64,000 nt of DNA from an uncultured delta proteobacterium (lineage in GTDB: Bacteria; Myxococcota_A; Polyangia; Polyangiales; Houyiibacteriaceae). The translations under genes were made by a program, and so were the position numbers. Shown in pieces: positions 1 to 10,138 of this stretch. Under the pieces are notes generated by a model. That model was not told where the DNA came from. It searched no databases and was given only the letters and a program-made list of their open reading frames with translations. Each line of letters begins with the position of its first letter. The stretch's first letter is position 1. Location of the stretch: assembly GCA_963699755.1 (NCBI GenBank), contig CAVOVB010000007.1:224001-288000 (forward strand), written 5' to 3'.

Positions 1-250
1 AGGCCGCGTTCTCAATCGCTTCCATGATGAGATCGCAAAGCGCTCGCTCCTGATCACAATTCTGGACGCTCCCTGTCCCGTCCGGATCGATTCGAACCAA
101 GACCCGAACGAGACCCGACTCCGGGATCTCGACCTCGGCCGGCACCTCGATTCCAGGAAGCGACTTCACCTTAGGCGCGACCAGATCCTGAGCGAGCGCT
201 ACCCCGCCAAAGGCCCAGACCCCCAAGATCAAGGAAAGCAAAACTCTCAT
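1..250 (-). CDS. N-terminus of a secreted protein, possibly TonB-family/TonB-dependent receptor (partial, runs off the window edge)
   Basis: Manual translation from ATG at 250: MRVLLSLILGVWAFGGVALAQDLVAPKVKSLPGIEVP...GLVRVLVRIDPDGTG; signal peptide (ALA-Q) followed by a TonB_C-like segment; no stop before the edge. Confidence 0.55.
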   Translation of the reverse strand, partial: MRVLLSLILGVWAFGGVALAQDLVAPKVKSLPGIEVPAEVEIPESGLVRVLVRIDPDGTGSVQNCDQERALCDLIMEAIENAA

Positions 251-432
251 CGGGACACGCTAGGCCTCAAAATCCATTTCACTCAGGCCGCAAGACCGCC
301 AACGCCCAATCGGGAGCGAACTTTCGCGGCCTGGAGCCCAAGTTACCGGAAAAAGACGTCGGTGGGGGCTGCATCCCGAGCGAGCCATGGCTTGACGCTT
401 CGAGCCAGCAGGGCTACCTCTCCCATCTCTTT

Positions 433-504
433 GCGGGAGTAACTCAGGGGTAGAGTTCCTGCTTCCCAAGCAGGTTGTCGCGGGTTCGAATCCCGTCTCC
501 CGCT
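433..504 (+). tRNA. tRNA-Gly (anticodon CCC); CCA end not encoded
   Basis: Cloverleaf: acceptor GCGGGAG/CTCCCGC, D arm ACTC/GAGT, anticodon arm CCTGC-TTCCCAA-GCAGG, T arm GCGGG-TTCGAAT-CCCGT, discriminator T then CCG. Confidence 0.97.
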
Positions 505-646
505 CCGCAAGTCTCAGCGCTTCAGGGCAGGTCATGGCGCGTTCCCGCGTGCGAAACCACCCGTCTTTTGCAAGAAACTGCGATGTTTCATACAGGCGTT
601 CCGCGCCCGAATCGCTACCCTGGGGGAAGATAGGAGGCCTGTTGCT

Positions 647-829
647 GTGAAGGGGCTCGCGCTGTTTTTCTGGCTCTCGCTCGTGGGCAGCGACCCGCTC
701 GTCGACCCCTGGACAATCGCGTTTCCCGGCCTCGACGAGATCGAGCTCACGACCTTCCATGAACCTTTGGCCTCCGAGTCCTGGAGCCTCGACGACAACC
801 AGCTCCTCGATCCTTTCGAGCAGGAGTAG
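647..829 (+). CDS. Small hypothetical protein (60 aa), hydrophobic N-terminus and acidic tail
   Basis: GTG start with AGGAGG upstream; signal-like N-terminus; repeated LVDPW/LLDPF motif. Confidence 0.5.
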   Translation: MKGLALFFWLSLVGSDPLVDPWTIAFPGLDEIELTTFHEPLASESWSLDDNQLLDPFEQE

Positions 830-2366
830 TGCTGCAGCGGCCCGGCAGGTCGTTCTGACAGAGGAGTTGCTCCCGAGTGCGCTCTCGCCTTACCTTCTTC
901 GGACTGGAGGGCTCATTCGCCATCTGCCCGCATTCGCGCTCGCCTCGATGCTCGCTCTGATCTGCGGCTGCTATGAAGTTTCGTACCCGGCGAAGGGATA
1001 TCAGTTCATCGACAGCGTTCTCGATCCTCCGGTCCTAGCGGGGTCTGGGGCAAGCCAAAACTTCCTCCTGGCAGGCTTTCCCTGGGAGGTCGTTGACGAA
1101 TTCGACCGGGAGCAGTTCTTCTTCTTCCAACGTCTTCCGGTTTCGGTCTGGGAGTGCAATGCGTCCGGTTGCGCGACCCGCCTCCGCGTGGAGACGGGAA
1201 CGGGTCTCGTCATTCATCACCCCGAGCGCTTCGGCCAAGACATGCACGTCTGCACGGCCGGCTACATCCAAACCGTCGGTCGGGTGCATTGCCGTGATCG
1301 TCGGGTGGACGATACGATCCTCGACCGGGAGAAGACGACGTTCATCGGAGATCTGCCGGAAGCCTCCTGGGAAGGAGATTGGTTTTCGCGCCTGACGACG
1401 GGCTCGCACTCCTGGGCCCAGAGCACCGACCCATGGCATCCAGCCGAGGATGGTACGGGCGCAGAGTGGAGTGAGGCGGCCTGGACCGGAGAGCCGGTCG
1501 TCGAGAGCTTGGAACGCGCACACAACGTCGACCTCGGTGCCTGCTCGCTCTTCGTCCCCTGGAAGTGGGAAGATCGCGACCCACGGCTCGACGCGATGGT
1601 TGGGCCCATGCTGGGTGATCGAGGCCTCGCGGAGCTCACCTTGGACCGGCTCGATGCGGCCCGCACTCGATCCGCCAACTCGAACGAGATCGAAGAGGTG
1701 GCCTGGTTCTTCGATGCGTTCACCAAGCTCTGGCCGCGGGTCAACCCGAGCGAGTTTCACTACCACGTCAAGGAAACCGGGGAGCGCCAGGCCTGCCTTC
1801 GAAGCTACTTCGCCGCCAACACGGATCTTCGTGGGCGGCCGAGCGGCTGGAACATCATCGGCGAAGGCATCGTCGCCGGGCTGGCCGAGCTGTTCGGCGT
1901 CGGCGACTGTAAGACGCACCCGATCAGCGTCCGATTTTGCGGAGAGCTTGGCGCGTCGCGCGGCGCTCCGACGTTCACACTCGACGAGTCTTCGATCGTC
2001 GTCGAGATGGAACCCTATTCGCGCTTCAAACCCTCTTGCAACAACAACTTCGTCCCGCTGGTGAAGCAAGGGCTGACAGCGAGTGTCGAGAAGCTCACCA
2101 ACGCAGTCATCACCGAGCAGCTCACCGCTCTCACGGCGAGCTTGCCCTTTTGGATCCGGCGCATCGAGCTCACCCCGAGCGGCGCGCACTTCGTCTTGGC
2201 GCAGGACTACGAGGACATGCAGTACGCCAGCATGAAACTGGCCGGCCAAGCGCTCGCCGGAGACTCTGGGCTCTTTTGTCGGCCCGAGCTCGGAGACAGC
2301 GACTTTGGTCATCTCGCCATGGAGTCGACCCGCTTTTCGCTGCCGAAACGAGGAATCTCCCGCTAG
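759..2366 (+). CDS. Hypothetical Cys/Trp-rich putative lipoprotein (true start probably 867-948)
   Basis: Long ORF; hydrophobic stretch ending in lipobox-like LICGC; no family recognised. Confidence 0.7.
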   Translation: MNLWPPSPGASTTTSSSILSSRSSAAAARQVVLTEELLPSALSPYLLRTGGLIRHLPAFALASMLALICGCYEVSYPAKGYQFIDSVLDPPVLAGSGASQNFLLAGFPWEVVDEFDREQFFFFQRLPVSVWECNASGCATRLRVETGTGLVIHHPERFGQDMHVCTAGYIQTVGRVHCRDRRVDDTILDREKTTFIGDLPEASWEGDWFSRLTTGSHSWAQSTDPWHPAEDGTGAEWSEAAWTGEPVVESLERAHNVDLGACSLFVPWKWEDRDPRLDAMVGPMLGDRGLAELTLDRLDAARTRSANSNEIEEVAWFFDAFTKLWPRVNPSEFHYHVKETGERQACLRSYFAANTDLRGRPSGWNIIGEGIVAGLAELFGVGDCKTHPISVRFCGELGASRGAPTFTLDESSIVVEMEPYSRFKPSCNNNFVPLVKQGLTASVEKLTNAVITEQLTALTASLPFWIRRIELTPSGAHFVLAQDYEDMQYASMKLAGQALAGDSGLFCRPELGDSDFGHLAMESTRFSLPKRGISR

Positions 2367-2536
2367 TCGCGCTGGATCCCCGCACCGCCACGAACGCAAT
2401 TTTGCATCTACGAAGGCAGGGAGCTTGTGAACAATTACGTATAGACCGCTGTGCCGAACTCTCCGATCCTGCTGAGCATGCCTGTGAGTCGATGTAGGCG
2501 CGCCTGCGAACAGGCTGGGCATCAAGGAGCTGCGCC

Positions 2537-3568
2537 ATGGGCCGAATAGGCTCGGCGGTCATCGACCTCACCGAAGCCGCGTATGACCTCGAGCTCAGCA
2601 AGGAGCAATGGCTCCCATCGATGTTGAAGCGCGGCCTGCCGGTGCTCGAACAGGGCTTGGGGGTCGCCGGCTACGCGTATGGCCGCCCTCCCGACGCCGA
2701 GGCGGTTGAGCTCCTCGACGTCCATGTCGCGTCAGGACCCAAGGATTTCGCTGAGCGACACCTGCGTGCCCTCTCGACTACGGATCCGGAGCTGCTGCGG
2801 AGACAACTACGCCCGGGGTCGGCAACGACGGGGTCCGAATACGCCAAGGACGATCCCGAACAGCTTGCGCACTACGTCTCACACGTCGATTACTGCAAAG
2901 ACGTGCTGTTTCTGACCGCCGTCGATCCGAAAGGCGTCGGCGTCGCGATCGTCGCACCCTTGCCCGAAGTCACGACCTTGTCTCCGCAGGACGCGCAGCG
3001 CTGGCAGATGCTCGCGGCGCACGTGGAAGCCGGGCACCGTTTGCGACAGGGGATCACGGGCGAAGACGTCGGTCAAGAAAACAAGAGCCCCTTGCCGAAC
3101 GAAGCGGATGCGATCTTCGATGCAAAAAACTTCCGGGTCACTGAGGCAGTGGGCGAAGCAAGAGGGCGAACCACAGCGAGGAAGCTTCGCGAGGCGGCGA
3201 TCGCCATCGATCGCGCACGCGGGAAGATGCGAAATACCGATCCCGACGAGGCGCTGGAGATCTGGAAAGCCCTGGTGCGCGGGCGCTGGTCGATTGTCGA
3301 TTGGTTCGATACCGACGGAAGGCGCTTCGTGTTGGCGATTCCGAACCCGCCAGAGGTGACCGATCCACGTGGGCTCAGCAAGCGCGAAAGCCAGGTCGTG
3401 ACCGCTGCCGCGATGGGCCACAGCAACAAGATGATCGCTTATCGCTTGGGCCTGTCGACCTCGCGTGTTTCGACCGTCCTGAGGAGCGCGATGCGAAAGA
3501 TGGGGGTTCGCACTCGCGCCCAGCTGGTGAAGCGAATGCGCGGCTTCCAGGCACTCGAGCAGCCCTGA
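2537..3568 (+). CDS. LuxR-family HTH transcriptional regulator
   Basis: C-terminal LSKRESQV...GHSNKMIAYRLGLSTSRV...AMRKMG HTH; AAGGAG RBS. Confidence 0.9.
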   Translation: MGRIGSAVIDLTEAAYDLELSKEQWLPSMLKRGLPVLEQGLGVAGYAYGRPPDAEAVELLDVHVASGPKDFAERHLRALSTTDPELLRRQLRPGSATTGSEYAKDDPEQLAHYVSHVDYCKDVLFLTAVDPKGVGVAIVAPLPEVTTLSPQDAQRWQMLAAHVEAGHRLRQGITGEDVGQENKSPLPNEADAIFDAKNFRVTEAVGEARGRTTARKLREAAIAIDRARGKMRNTDPDEALEIWKALVRGRWSIVDWFDTDGRRFVLAIPNPPEVTDPRGLSKRESQVVTAAAMGHSNKMIAYRLGLSTSRVSTVLRSAMRKMGVRTRAQLVKRMRGFQALEQP

Positions 3569-3570
3569 AG

Positions 3571-4824
3571 TCAGACCACGAGTGGGATGTCGTACGCGCT
3601 GCAGTAGCCCTCGAATCGCTTGCGAATCTGGCCGAGGCTCATCCCGAAGTCTTCGATCTCGTAGCGATGCGAACCGTGCTTTGCTCGGGGATTGTGGGCC
3701 AGAAACGAGCGCATTCGGCTTTCGACCTCGCCAGACCAAGGGATCTCGAAACGCTCATAGGCGCGGCCCAGAGCGGCAACCGGATCGTCCACTAGTTCCT
3801 CGAACTGGATGTCGATGAACTGCTCGTCCTTGTCGCCATGCTTGTGCCGCACCGCCATTGCTTCGTCCAGCGAATCAGCCCACCAATGCATTTGCTGCTG
3901 CCCGAGCGCAATCGGATCGACCGAGTCGCTAGCCAAACCGCGGATCACATAGTAGAGGCTCGCAAGCGAAGGAACGGTCTTTGCCGGGTCGCGGTGCGTA
4001 AAAATGATCCGGGCATCGGGATACTCGACGAGGAGCGCGTCGAGTGTGCGCAGGTGCACGGGGCTCTTGAGCACCCAGCGGTCTCTCATGTGCTCGCTCT
4101 GTAGGTGCTCGAGGAAATGCCGGTGATAGCGGTAGGCCGGTGCGTGGCTCTGTGCATCGACCCATGCCTGGTAGCTCGGCACGTCGAATTGCAAGCTCAG
4201 CTGGGGGCCGAGCATGGTTTGCGCGAGGATCGGCATGCACTCCTGTGGGAGCTCCGCGCCGACTTCATGGATGGAAGCAAGGGAGGGCGCCATACGATCC
4301 ATGTGTCCAAACTGCTTTCGAGCCTTGTCGATGCGCCGGTCCGAATCGAAGGTAGCGCTTTGGGGCGGTGGGTCCGGAAACTGTACTTCCCAGGCCAGAG
4401 GGGCACGGTTGGCCGGGTCCTGTGCGAGGAGGTTGTAAAGAATAGTCGTTCCGGTGCGCGGAAACCCCACGATGAAAATGGGTCGCTCGATCGGAACTCC
4501 GGCAAGCTCGGGATGCGCGGCGCGATGCCGGTAGACGCTGAAACGATTCTGGAGGTAGCCCTCAAGGGACTGGCGACACATCACGCGACCGAGCCAGCTC
4601 AGGTCCGCCTCTTGCGCGACGGCGTCGAGAAACAGCGGGAGCGCCTCGAGAAAACCCTCATCGCCGAGCTGGTTGGATTTTGCCGCTCGCGCCGCACTGT
4701 GAACGATCTTGTCCGGGTCGAGCGAAGGCCAGCGCGACGCCAATAGCGGTCCCAGTTGGTTGAGCGCGCGCATCATGCGGGTTCGATGGGGAGGCTCTGT
4801 GGGCATCGTTGCGTCGATCGGCAT
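3571..4824 (-). CDS. PAPS-dependent sulfotransferase family protein (start uncertain)
   Basis: PIFIVGFPRTGTT 5-prime-PSB loop, WVLKSPVH and THRDP motifs. Confidence 0.9.
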   Translation of the reverse strand: MPIDATMPTEPPHRTRMMRALNQLGPLLASRWPSLDPDKIVHSAARAAKSNQLGDEGFLEALPLFLDAVAQEADLSWLGRVMCRQSLEGYLQNRFSVYRHRAAHPELAGVPIERPIFIVGFPRTGTTILYNLLAQDPANRAPLAWEVQFPDPPPQSATFDSDRRIDKARKQFGHMDRMAPSLASIHEVGAELPQECMPILAQTMLGPQLSLQFDVPSYQAWVDAQSHAPAYRYHRHFLEHLQSEHMRDRWVLKSPVHLRTLDALLVEYPDARIIFTHRDPAKTVPSLASLYYVIRGLASDSVDPIALGQQQMHWWADSLDEAMAVRHKHGDKDEQFIDIQFEELVDDPVAALGRAYERFEIPWSGEVESRMRSFLAHNPRAKHGSHRYEIEDFGMSLGQIRKRFEGYCSAYDIPLVV

Positions 4825-4890
4825 GGCTTTGCCTGACCGGGCTGCGTCGAGTAGCACGGCCCTTCAGGAGCCGCAAAACCTGGAGACTGC

Positions 4891-5760
4891 ATGAGCGAGA
4901 GCCAGAAACGAGAACCAGTCGCGATCGTCACCGGCGCGTCGTCCGGCATTGGCGAGGCCAGCGCGCGGTGCCTCGCCAGGGCTGGCTTCTCCGTGGTCGT
5001 TGCGGCGCGTCGTTCGGATCTTCTCGATCGCCTCGTCGCCGAGATCGCGGCACAGGGCGGCAAGGCCATCAGCGTTCCAACCGACCTCAGCAGTGCCGAA
5101 CAAACCTCGGCGCTCGTCAGGACGACGCTCGATGCGTTTCGCCGCGTCGACGTGCTGGTCAACAACGCTGGATATAGCCCACCCTATGCGCTCGAGCAGA
5201 TGGACCGCGAGACGATGCAGCGTGTGTTTGATGTGAACCTGCTCTCGGGAATGCAACTGATCGCGGAGCTGACGCCGACGATGCGGGAACAAGGCGGCGG
5301 ACGGGTCATCAACATCAGCTCGCTTTCGCGATACGTAGGGGCACCGATGGTCGCCACCTACGCCGCAACCAAGGGTGGCATGGAGGCGCTCACGGCATGT
5401 CTGCGTCTCGAGCTCTCGCCCTGGAACATCCGGCTGAGCATCATCATCCCGGGGTTCGTCGACACGCCGATTCTAGAGACGTCCCGAGCCGCGGGAGAAC
5501 ACCTTCGAAACGACCCCAGCAACCCATACCTGAAGCTGGCGGAGGGCTTGGACGCGTTCGCCACCGAGCAGCTCAAGAGCGCCGTTTCTTCCGAGGAGGT
5601 GGGCAAAGCCGTGGTCAAAGCAGCTACGGATCAATCCCCGAAGACACGTTACTTCGTCCCGAAGGGCGCGCGGACGGCGGCCAGGATGTTCAATGCCCTA
5701 CCCGACCGGATGGCCGACCGGCTCCTGCTGAAGATGTACAAATGGGACGCGATCTCATGA
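4891..5760 (+). CDS. SDR-family oxidoreductase
   Basis: TGASSGIG, NNAG, YAATK motifs. Confidence 0.93.
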   Translation: MSESQKREPVAIVTGASSGIGEASARCLARAGFSVVVAARRSDLLDRLVAEIAAQGGKAISVPTDLSSAEQTSALVRTTLDAFRRVDVLVNNAGYSPPYALEQMDRETMQRVFDVNLLSGMQLIAELTPTMREQGGGRVINISSLSRYVGAPMVATYAATKGGMEALTACLRLELSPWNIRLSIIIPGFVDTPILETSRAAGEHLRNDPSNPYLKLAEGLDAFATEQLKSAVSSEEVGKAVVKAATDQSPKTRYFVPKGARTAARMFNALPDRMADRLLLKMYKWDAIS

Positions 5761-6563
5761 GCAAGCGAAGCGCGACCAGGGGTCGGAAGCGCGTGCTGGT
5801 CACGGGCGCGGCCAATGGTATCGGCGCGGCCATTGCACGGCTCTGCGTCGAAGCAGGCCATCGCGTCATCGCGGTCGACATCGACCGAGAAGCACTGACA
5901 CGGCTGCGCCAGGGGCTTCCAGGTATCGAAACCGCTCTCCTCGATGTTCGCGACCTAGCGGCCTGGGCGAAGGTGGTCGAAGATGCCGAGAGTCAGGGAG
6001 GCCCGATCGACGTCCTGATCAACAACGCCGGGGTGTGCCTGCCCGGCCCCTGCGAGCAGGTCTCCGCCGAAGATGATCGTCTGACCGTCGAAGTGAATCT
6101 CGTCGGTGTGATGAACGGAGTGCGAACCCTCTTGCCGCGATTTCTCGCGCAAGAGCGCGGTCACGTGATCAACGTGGCGAGCATGGCAGCCTTCGCCCCG
6201 GCTCCGGATCTCGCGACCTACTGCGCGACCAAGCACGCGGTGCGGGCGTACACCCATAGTTGCGCGCTCGATCATCGGCATACGCCAATCCATTGGACCC
6301 TGGCCTGCCCGAGCGCCGTCGAAACGCCGATGCTGCAGAGCATGCGCAAACGCCGCGCCGGTCTGGTAGTGTTCACCGAAAAGCCAATGCCTCCAGAGAA
6401 GATCGCTCGCGCGATCGTCGATACCATTCGAGAGCCACGAAGCGAGCTCTTGATGCCGAACGTGCGCGGCAAGCTGATTCGCTTCGTCGGCTTGTTCCCA
6501 GGCCTGCTCTCCCGCGGCATGGACGATGCCGAGCGACGCGGGCGGGAAGCGCTCGGCGACTAG
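5757..6563 (+). CDS. SDR-family oxidoreductase
   Basis: TGAANGIG, NNAG, YCATK; ATGA overlap with the upstream SDR. Confidence 0.92.
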   Translation: MSKRSATRGRKRVLVTGAANGIGAAIARLCVEAGHRVIAVDIDREALTRLRQGLPGIETALLDVRDLAAWAKVVEDAESQGGPIDVLINNAGVCLPGPCEQVSAEDDRLTVEVNLVGVMNGVRTLLPRFLAQERGHVINVASMAAFAPAPDLATYCATKHAVRAYTHSCALDHRHTPIHWTLACPSAVETPMLQSMRKRRAGLVVFTEKPMPPEKIARAIVDTIREPRSELLMPNVRGKLIRFVGLFPGLLSRGMDDAERRGREALGD

Positions 6564-7615
6564 GCTGCGGTTTCGCCGTTTTCGAAACTTGGAACCCCTA
6601 AGGGTCCGAGCTTCCGAACGAGCTGCGCCTTGTTCTTCACGCCGAGCTTGTGCATTGCCGACTTCAGCAAGACCGAGACGCGCCCCTGCGACAGGCCGAG
6701 TCGGTACGCGATGAGCTTGTTGGTGTCGCCGAGCAGAACGTAGTGGAGGACCTGGCATTCCTGCTCGGTCAGTCCTCGCGGGTCGAGCACCCGGGGCGGG
6801 TTCGGTCTTGCGAGCACGAAGCGCCGCCCATCGGTATCGAACCAATCGACAATGCTCCATCGTCCGGAGACGAGCGCCTTCCAGGTTTCGAGAGCCTTTT
6901 CGGGATCGTCCTTGCGCAACTTGCCCCGGGCTCTGTCGACGCGCCGCGCAGCCCTGCGCAAGATCTGGCCAGCATTGCCGTCCTTGGCGCGCCCGACGGC
7001 GTCGACTATCCGGAGCCCGTTTGCGTCGAGCACGGCCTCGGCTCCATGGGGAAGCCCGTTTTGATCCTGATCCATGCCTTCTTCGTGTACGGCCAGCGCA
7101 CGACGGAGACGGTACGCGGAAGCGATATGGGCACCGAGCATCTGCCAGCGGAGCCTTGCTTTGGGGCTGAGCTTCAATGGCTCTCGGAGCGGAGCGCTGA
7201 TGTCGACGCCGACGCCGTCAGGGTCTATCGCAATCATGCCAAACAGGTCGACATAGCCCAGGGCCTCGCGGAGACGCTCGAACTCCTCGGGATGATCCTT
7301 GGAGATCTCGCTCCAGGTGCCAGCGTACCCTGGAGGAGTAACCGCCCGAACGAAGTCGGGGGACAAGGCGCGGCTGGCAGCGGTGAATCGCTCGAGAAAA
7401 GCCGGCGGGAGTGACCTGAGATGCATGTCGTGAATCACGGCATCCTTGCCGCCTCCACCCTCCGGCCGAACGAAGCCAAAGCCGAACATGCCGAGCCCGT
7501 CATCCATGATCGGGGCTGCAGTATCCATCAGAGCAGGCAACCAGAGCGCGTCGGGCTTCTCGAGGTCGTACGCGACCTCAATCAGGTCGATCGCATCTGA
7601 AGTCACGGGTTCCAC
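6560..7615 (-). CDS. LuxR-family HTH transcriptional regulator, paralog of 2537..3568
   Basis: LTEQECQV...GDTNKLIAYRLGLSQGRV HTH; shared WKALVxGRWSIVDWFDTDGRRFVLA block. Confidence 0.9.
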   Translation of the reverse strand: MEPVTSDAIDLIEVAYDLEKPDALWLPALMDTAAPIMDDGLGMFGFGFVRPEGGGGKDAVIHDMHLRSLPPAFLERFTAASRALSPDFVRAVTPPGYAGTWSEISKDHPEEFERLREALGYVDLFGMIAIDPDGVGVDISAPLREPLKLSPKARLRWQMLGAHIASAYRLRRALAVHEEGMDQDQNGLPHGAEAVLDANGLRIVDAVGRAKDGNAGQILRRAARRVDRARGKLRKDDPEKALETWKALVSGRWSIVDWFDTDGRRFVLARPNPPRVLDPRGLTEQECQVLHYVLLGDTNKLIAYRLGLSQGRVSVLLKSAMHKLGVKNKAQLVRKLGPLGVPSFENGETAA

Positions 7616-7690
7616 AGTCGCCGCGGACTCTGCCAGAGCCTTGGGCTCCCTTCCATACGTATTTGTTCACGCCGGTCGGCAATCCGCCAC

Positions 7691-8104
7691 TCAGCCTGGA
7701 AGCTTGAGCGTTTCGATCACGGCGCGGAGCACGTCTCTCCTGACGACCACGCCCACGACGCGGTTGTCTTCGATGACGGGAAATAGCCGCCGTTTCGTTT
7801 CGATGAAGCGCGTCGCCACGTCGAGCAGACCGTCGTCCGCGTTGACGGCCTGTACGTCGCGGCTCATGTAGTCTCCAACGCATCCTCCACGTTCTCCGTG
7901 ATATCCCGCGACCAGCGCAGCTTTCAAGAAGTCCCGCTCCGTCAGCAGGCCGATGAGATTTCCGCGCTCGTCTACGACGGGTGCCCCTGAGATGCGCCGA
8001 TTGACCAATACGGAAACCGCGTCCAGCAAGTCTGTGTCGCTCGTGAACGTCACTGGCTTGGTGAGCATGATGTCGCGAGCTCGGAGCTTCTTGATGGGCT
8101 TCAT
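7691..8104 (-). CDS. CBS-domain pair protein
   Basis: ARDIM, ISGAPVVD..GNLIGLLTERD, VGDYMS; ATGA overlap with nqrM. Confidence 0.92.
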   Translation of the reverse strand: MKPIKKLRARDIMLTKPVTFTSDTDLLDAVSVLVNRRISGAPVVDERGNLIGLLTERDFLKAALVAGYHGERGGCVGDYMSRDVQAVNADDGLLDVATRFIETKRRLFPVIEDNRVVGVVVRRDVLRAVIETLKLPG

Positions 8105-8286
8105 GCGGCGCGCTTCCTCGGGCATTCACCGCTGGCCGCACGGCCGCAGGTGCCACATCCCGAGCCGTCGGGGTTGTTGAGCCCGCCACAGCTGCCGCGA
8201 ATTCCTCCGCGGCCCGCAAGCGCGCCCACACTCAGGCCGGTCAGGGCAAGCGCGAAAACCATGAAGCTGAGCAAGTAGACCATCAC
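8101..8286 (-). CDS. nqrM: Na+-NQR maturation protein NqrM
   Basis: Single TM helix followed by IRGSCGGL and three more Cys; directly after nqrF. Confidence 0.85.
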   Translation of the reverse strand: MMVYLLSFMVFALALTGLSVGALAGRGGIRGSCGGLNNPDGSGCGTCGRAASGECPRKRAA

Positions 8287-8287
8287 C

Positions 8288-9514
8288 TCAACTGCCGAAA
8301 TCGTCGAACATGACGTTCTCCTCAGAGACGCCGAGGTCCCTGAGCATCCCTTGAACCGCGGAAATCATCAAGGGTGGACCGCACATGTAGTATTCGCAGT
8401 CTTCCGGCGCTTTGTGCGCTCCGAGATACATGTCGTACGCGACCTGATGAATGAAACCGGTAGGGCCGTCCCAGTTGTCATCTTCTCTGGGCTCCGAAAG
8501 AGCGACCACGTACGTGAAGTTCGGGTGCTCCTCGGCCAGGCGTTGGAACTCTTCATGGTAGAAGAGATCGCGCCTGCTTCGAACGCCGAACCAGAATGAG
8601 ATTTTGCGTTTTGTCTTGAGGCGTTTGAGCTGATCGAAGATGTGGGAGCGAAGCGGGGCCATGCCGGTGCCACCACCGATAAACACCATCTCGTTGTCGG
8701 TTTCCCTCGCGAAGAACTCGCCATAGGGCCCTGCGATGGTCACCTCGTCCCCGGGCTTCAGGCTGAAAAGATAGGAAGAAACGATGCCCGGAGGCACGTC
8801 CGGGCCGGAGCCCGGCGGCGGCATGGCGATGCCGATGTTGAGCAGGATGATGCCTGTTTCCTCGGGGTAGTTGGCCATCGAGTAGGCCCGCGTCGTGTCG
8901 CTATTGCTGACTGCCTCGAACCTCCAAAGATTGTACTCGTCCCAGGTGTCGCGATACTCCGGCTCGATGTCGAAATCCGAGAACTTTGCTTGAAAGGGCG
9001 GACACTCGACCTGAATGTAGCCCCCGGCCCGGAACGGCACCTCTTCGCCGACTGGAAGGTCGAGGCAGATCTCCTTGATGAAGGTGCTGAGCCCGTGCGT
9101 GGACCGCACCTCGCAGTCCCATTTGCGAACCCCAAACACTTCTTCTGGGATCTCGACGCGGATGTCTTCGCGAACCGCGACTTGGCAGGCTAGCCGGACG
9201 TGTTGCGAGGCCTCATTGCGCGAGATCATCGACTCCTCGGTGGGAAGCAGCGGGCCTCCGCCTGCGAGCACCTTCACCCGACATTGACCGCAGGTGCCCT
9301 TGCCGCCACAGCCGGCCGGCAGGTATAGGCCGGTCTTCGCGAGGGCAATCAAGAGCTTGGACCCGGCGGAGACTTCGAAGTCTTTGTCGCCGTTCACGAG
9401 CATGTGCACGCTGCCGGTTTCGACGAGCTTGGTGCGGGCAACTAGAATCAGGGCGGACAGCGAGACGACGATCCCCGTGAAGACTGCCACAGCCAAGATG
9501 ATTTGAATCGCCAC
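8288..9514 (-). CDS. nqrF: Na+-NQR subunit F
   Basis: [10 protein letters not shown] 2Fe-2[32 protein letters not shown]. Confidence 0.97.
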   Translation of the reverse strand: MAIQIILAVAVFTGIVVSLSALILVARTKLVETGSVHMLVNGDKDFEVSAGSKLLIALAKTGLYLPAGCGGKGTCGQCRVKVLAGGGPLLPTEESMISRNEASQHVRLACQVAVREDIRVEIPEEVFGVRKWDCEVRSTHGLSTFIKEICLDLPVGEEVPFRAGGYIQVECPPFQAKFSDFDIEPEYRDTWDEYNLWRFEAVSNSDTTRAYSMANYPEETGIILLNIGIAMPPPGSGPDVPPGIVSSYLFSLKPGDEVTIAGPYGEFFARETDNEMVFIGGGTGMAPLRSHIFDQLKRLKTKRKISFWFGVRSRRDLFYHEEFQRLAEEHPNFTYVVALSEPREDDNWDGPTGFIHQVAYDMYLGAHKAPEDCEYYMCGPPLMISAVQGMLRDLGVSEENVMFDDFGS

Positions 9515-9526
9515 CCTCGTGCCCTC

Positions 9527-10138
9527 CTATAGTTGGATCCCTGCGAAGGCCATGAAGCCGAGGGACATCAGGCCGACGATGATGAAGGTGATCCCAAGCC
9601 CCTGAAGCCCGTTCGGGACGTCGCTGTACTTGAGCTTCTCCCGGATGCCGGCGAGCGCGACCAGAGCCAACGCCCAGCCGAAGCCGCTCCCAATGCCGTA
9701 GACGATGCTCTCGCCCATGGTGTAGTCGCGACGCACCGAGAACAGGGTGCCGCCGAGGATCGCGCAGTTGACCGTAATCAGGGGTAGATAGATGCCGAGC
9801 GCATGGAAGAGCGGCGGGAAATACTTGTCGAGCACCATTTCGAGGATCTGCACCATCGCCGCAATGACCCCAATGTAGGTGACCAGGCCAAGGAAGCTCA
9901 GATCGATGTCCGGCACCCCGGCCCAGGCGAGCGCTCCCTCTTTGAGCACGTAGTTGTAGAGGAAGGTGTTTGCCGGAACGGTGATGAGCTGGACCACGAC
10001 CACTGCCGTCCCCAGGCCGAGGGCGGTTTCGATGCGCTTGGAGACGGCGAGAAAGGTGCACATCCCGAGGAAGAACGAGAGGGCCAGGTTCTCTACGAAC
10101 ACCGCCTTGATGAAAAGCTCGACGTAGCTGCCCATCAC
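9527..10138 (-). CDS. nqrE: Na+-NQR subunit E
   Basis: [23 protein letters not shown]. Confidence 0.96.
   Translation of the reverse strand: MMGSYVELFIKAVFVENLALSFFLGMCTFLAVSKRIETALGLGTAVVVVQLITVPANTFLYNYVLKEGALAWAGVPDIDLSFLGLVTYIGVIAAMVQILEMVLDKYFPPLFHALGIYLPLITVNCAILGGTLFSVRRDYTMGESIVYGIGSGFGWALALVALAGIREKLKYSDVPNGLQGLGITFIIVGLMSLGFMAFAGIQL

Noticed and set aside
260..760. 166-aa minus-strand ORF containing ERETGFEPATTCLGS
   Set aside because: It is the antisense translation of tRNA-Gly, a classic spurious ORF
2356..2364. TCTCCCGCT matching the tRNA 3-prime end, possible attR
   Set aside because: Only 9 bp in GC-rich DNA, inside a coding end, with no integrase
2394..2407. ACGCA-ATTT-TGCAT resembling the island box
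   Set aside because: Spacer is 4 nt rather than 5, one arm mismatches, and no sigma54 motif is nearby
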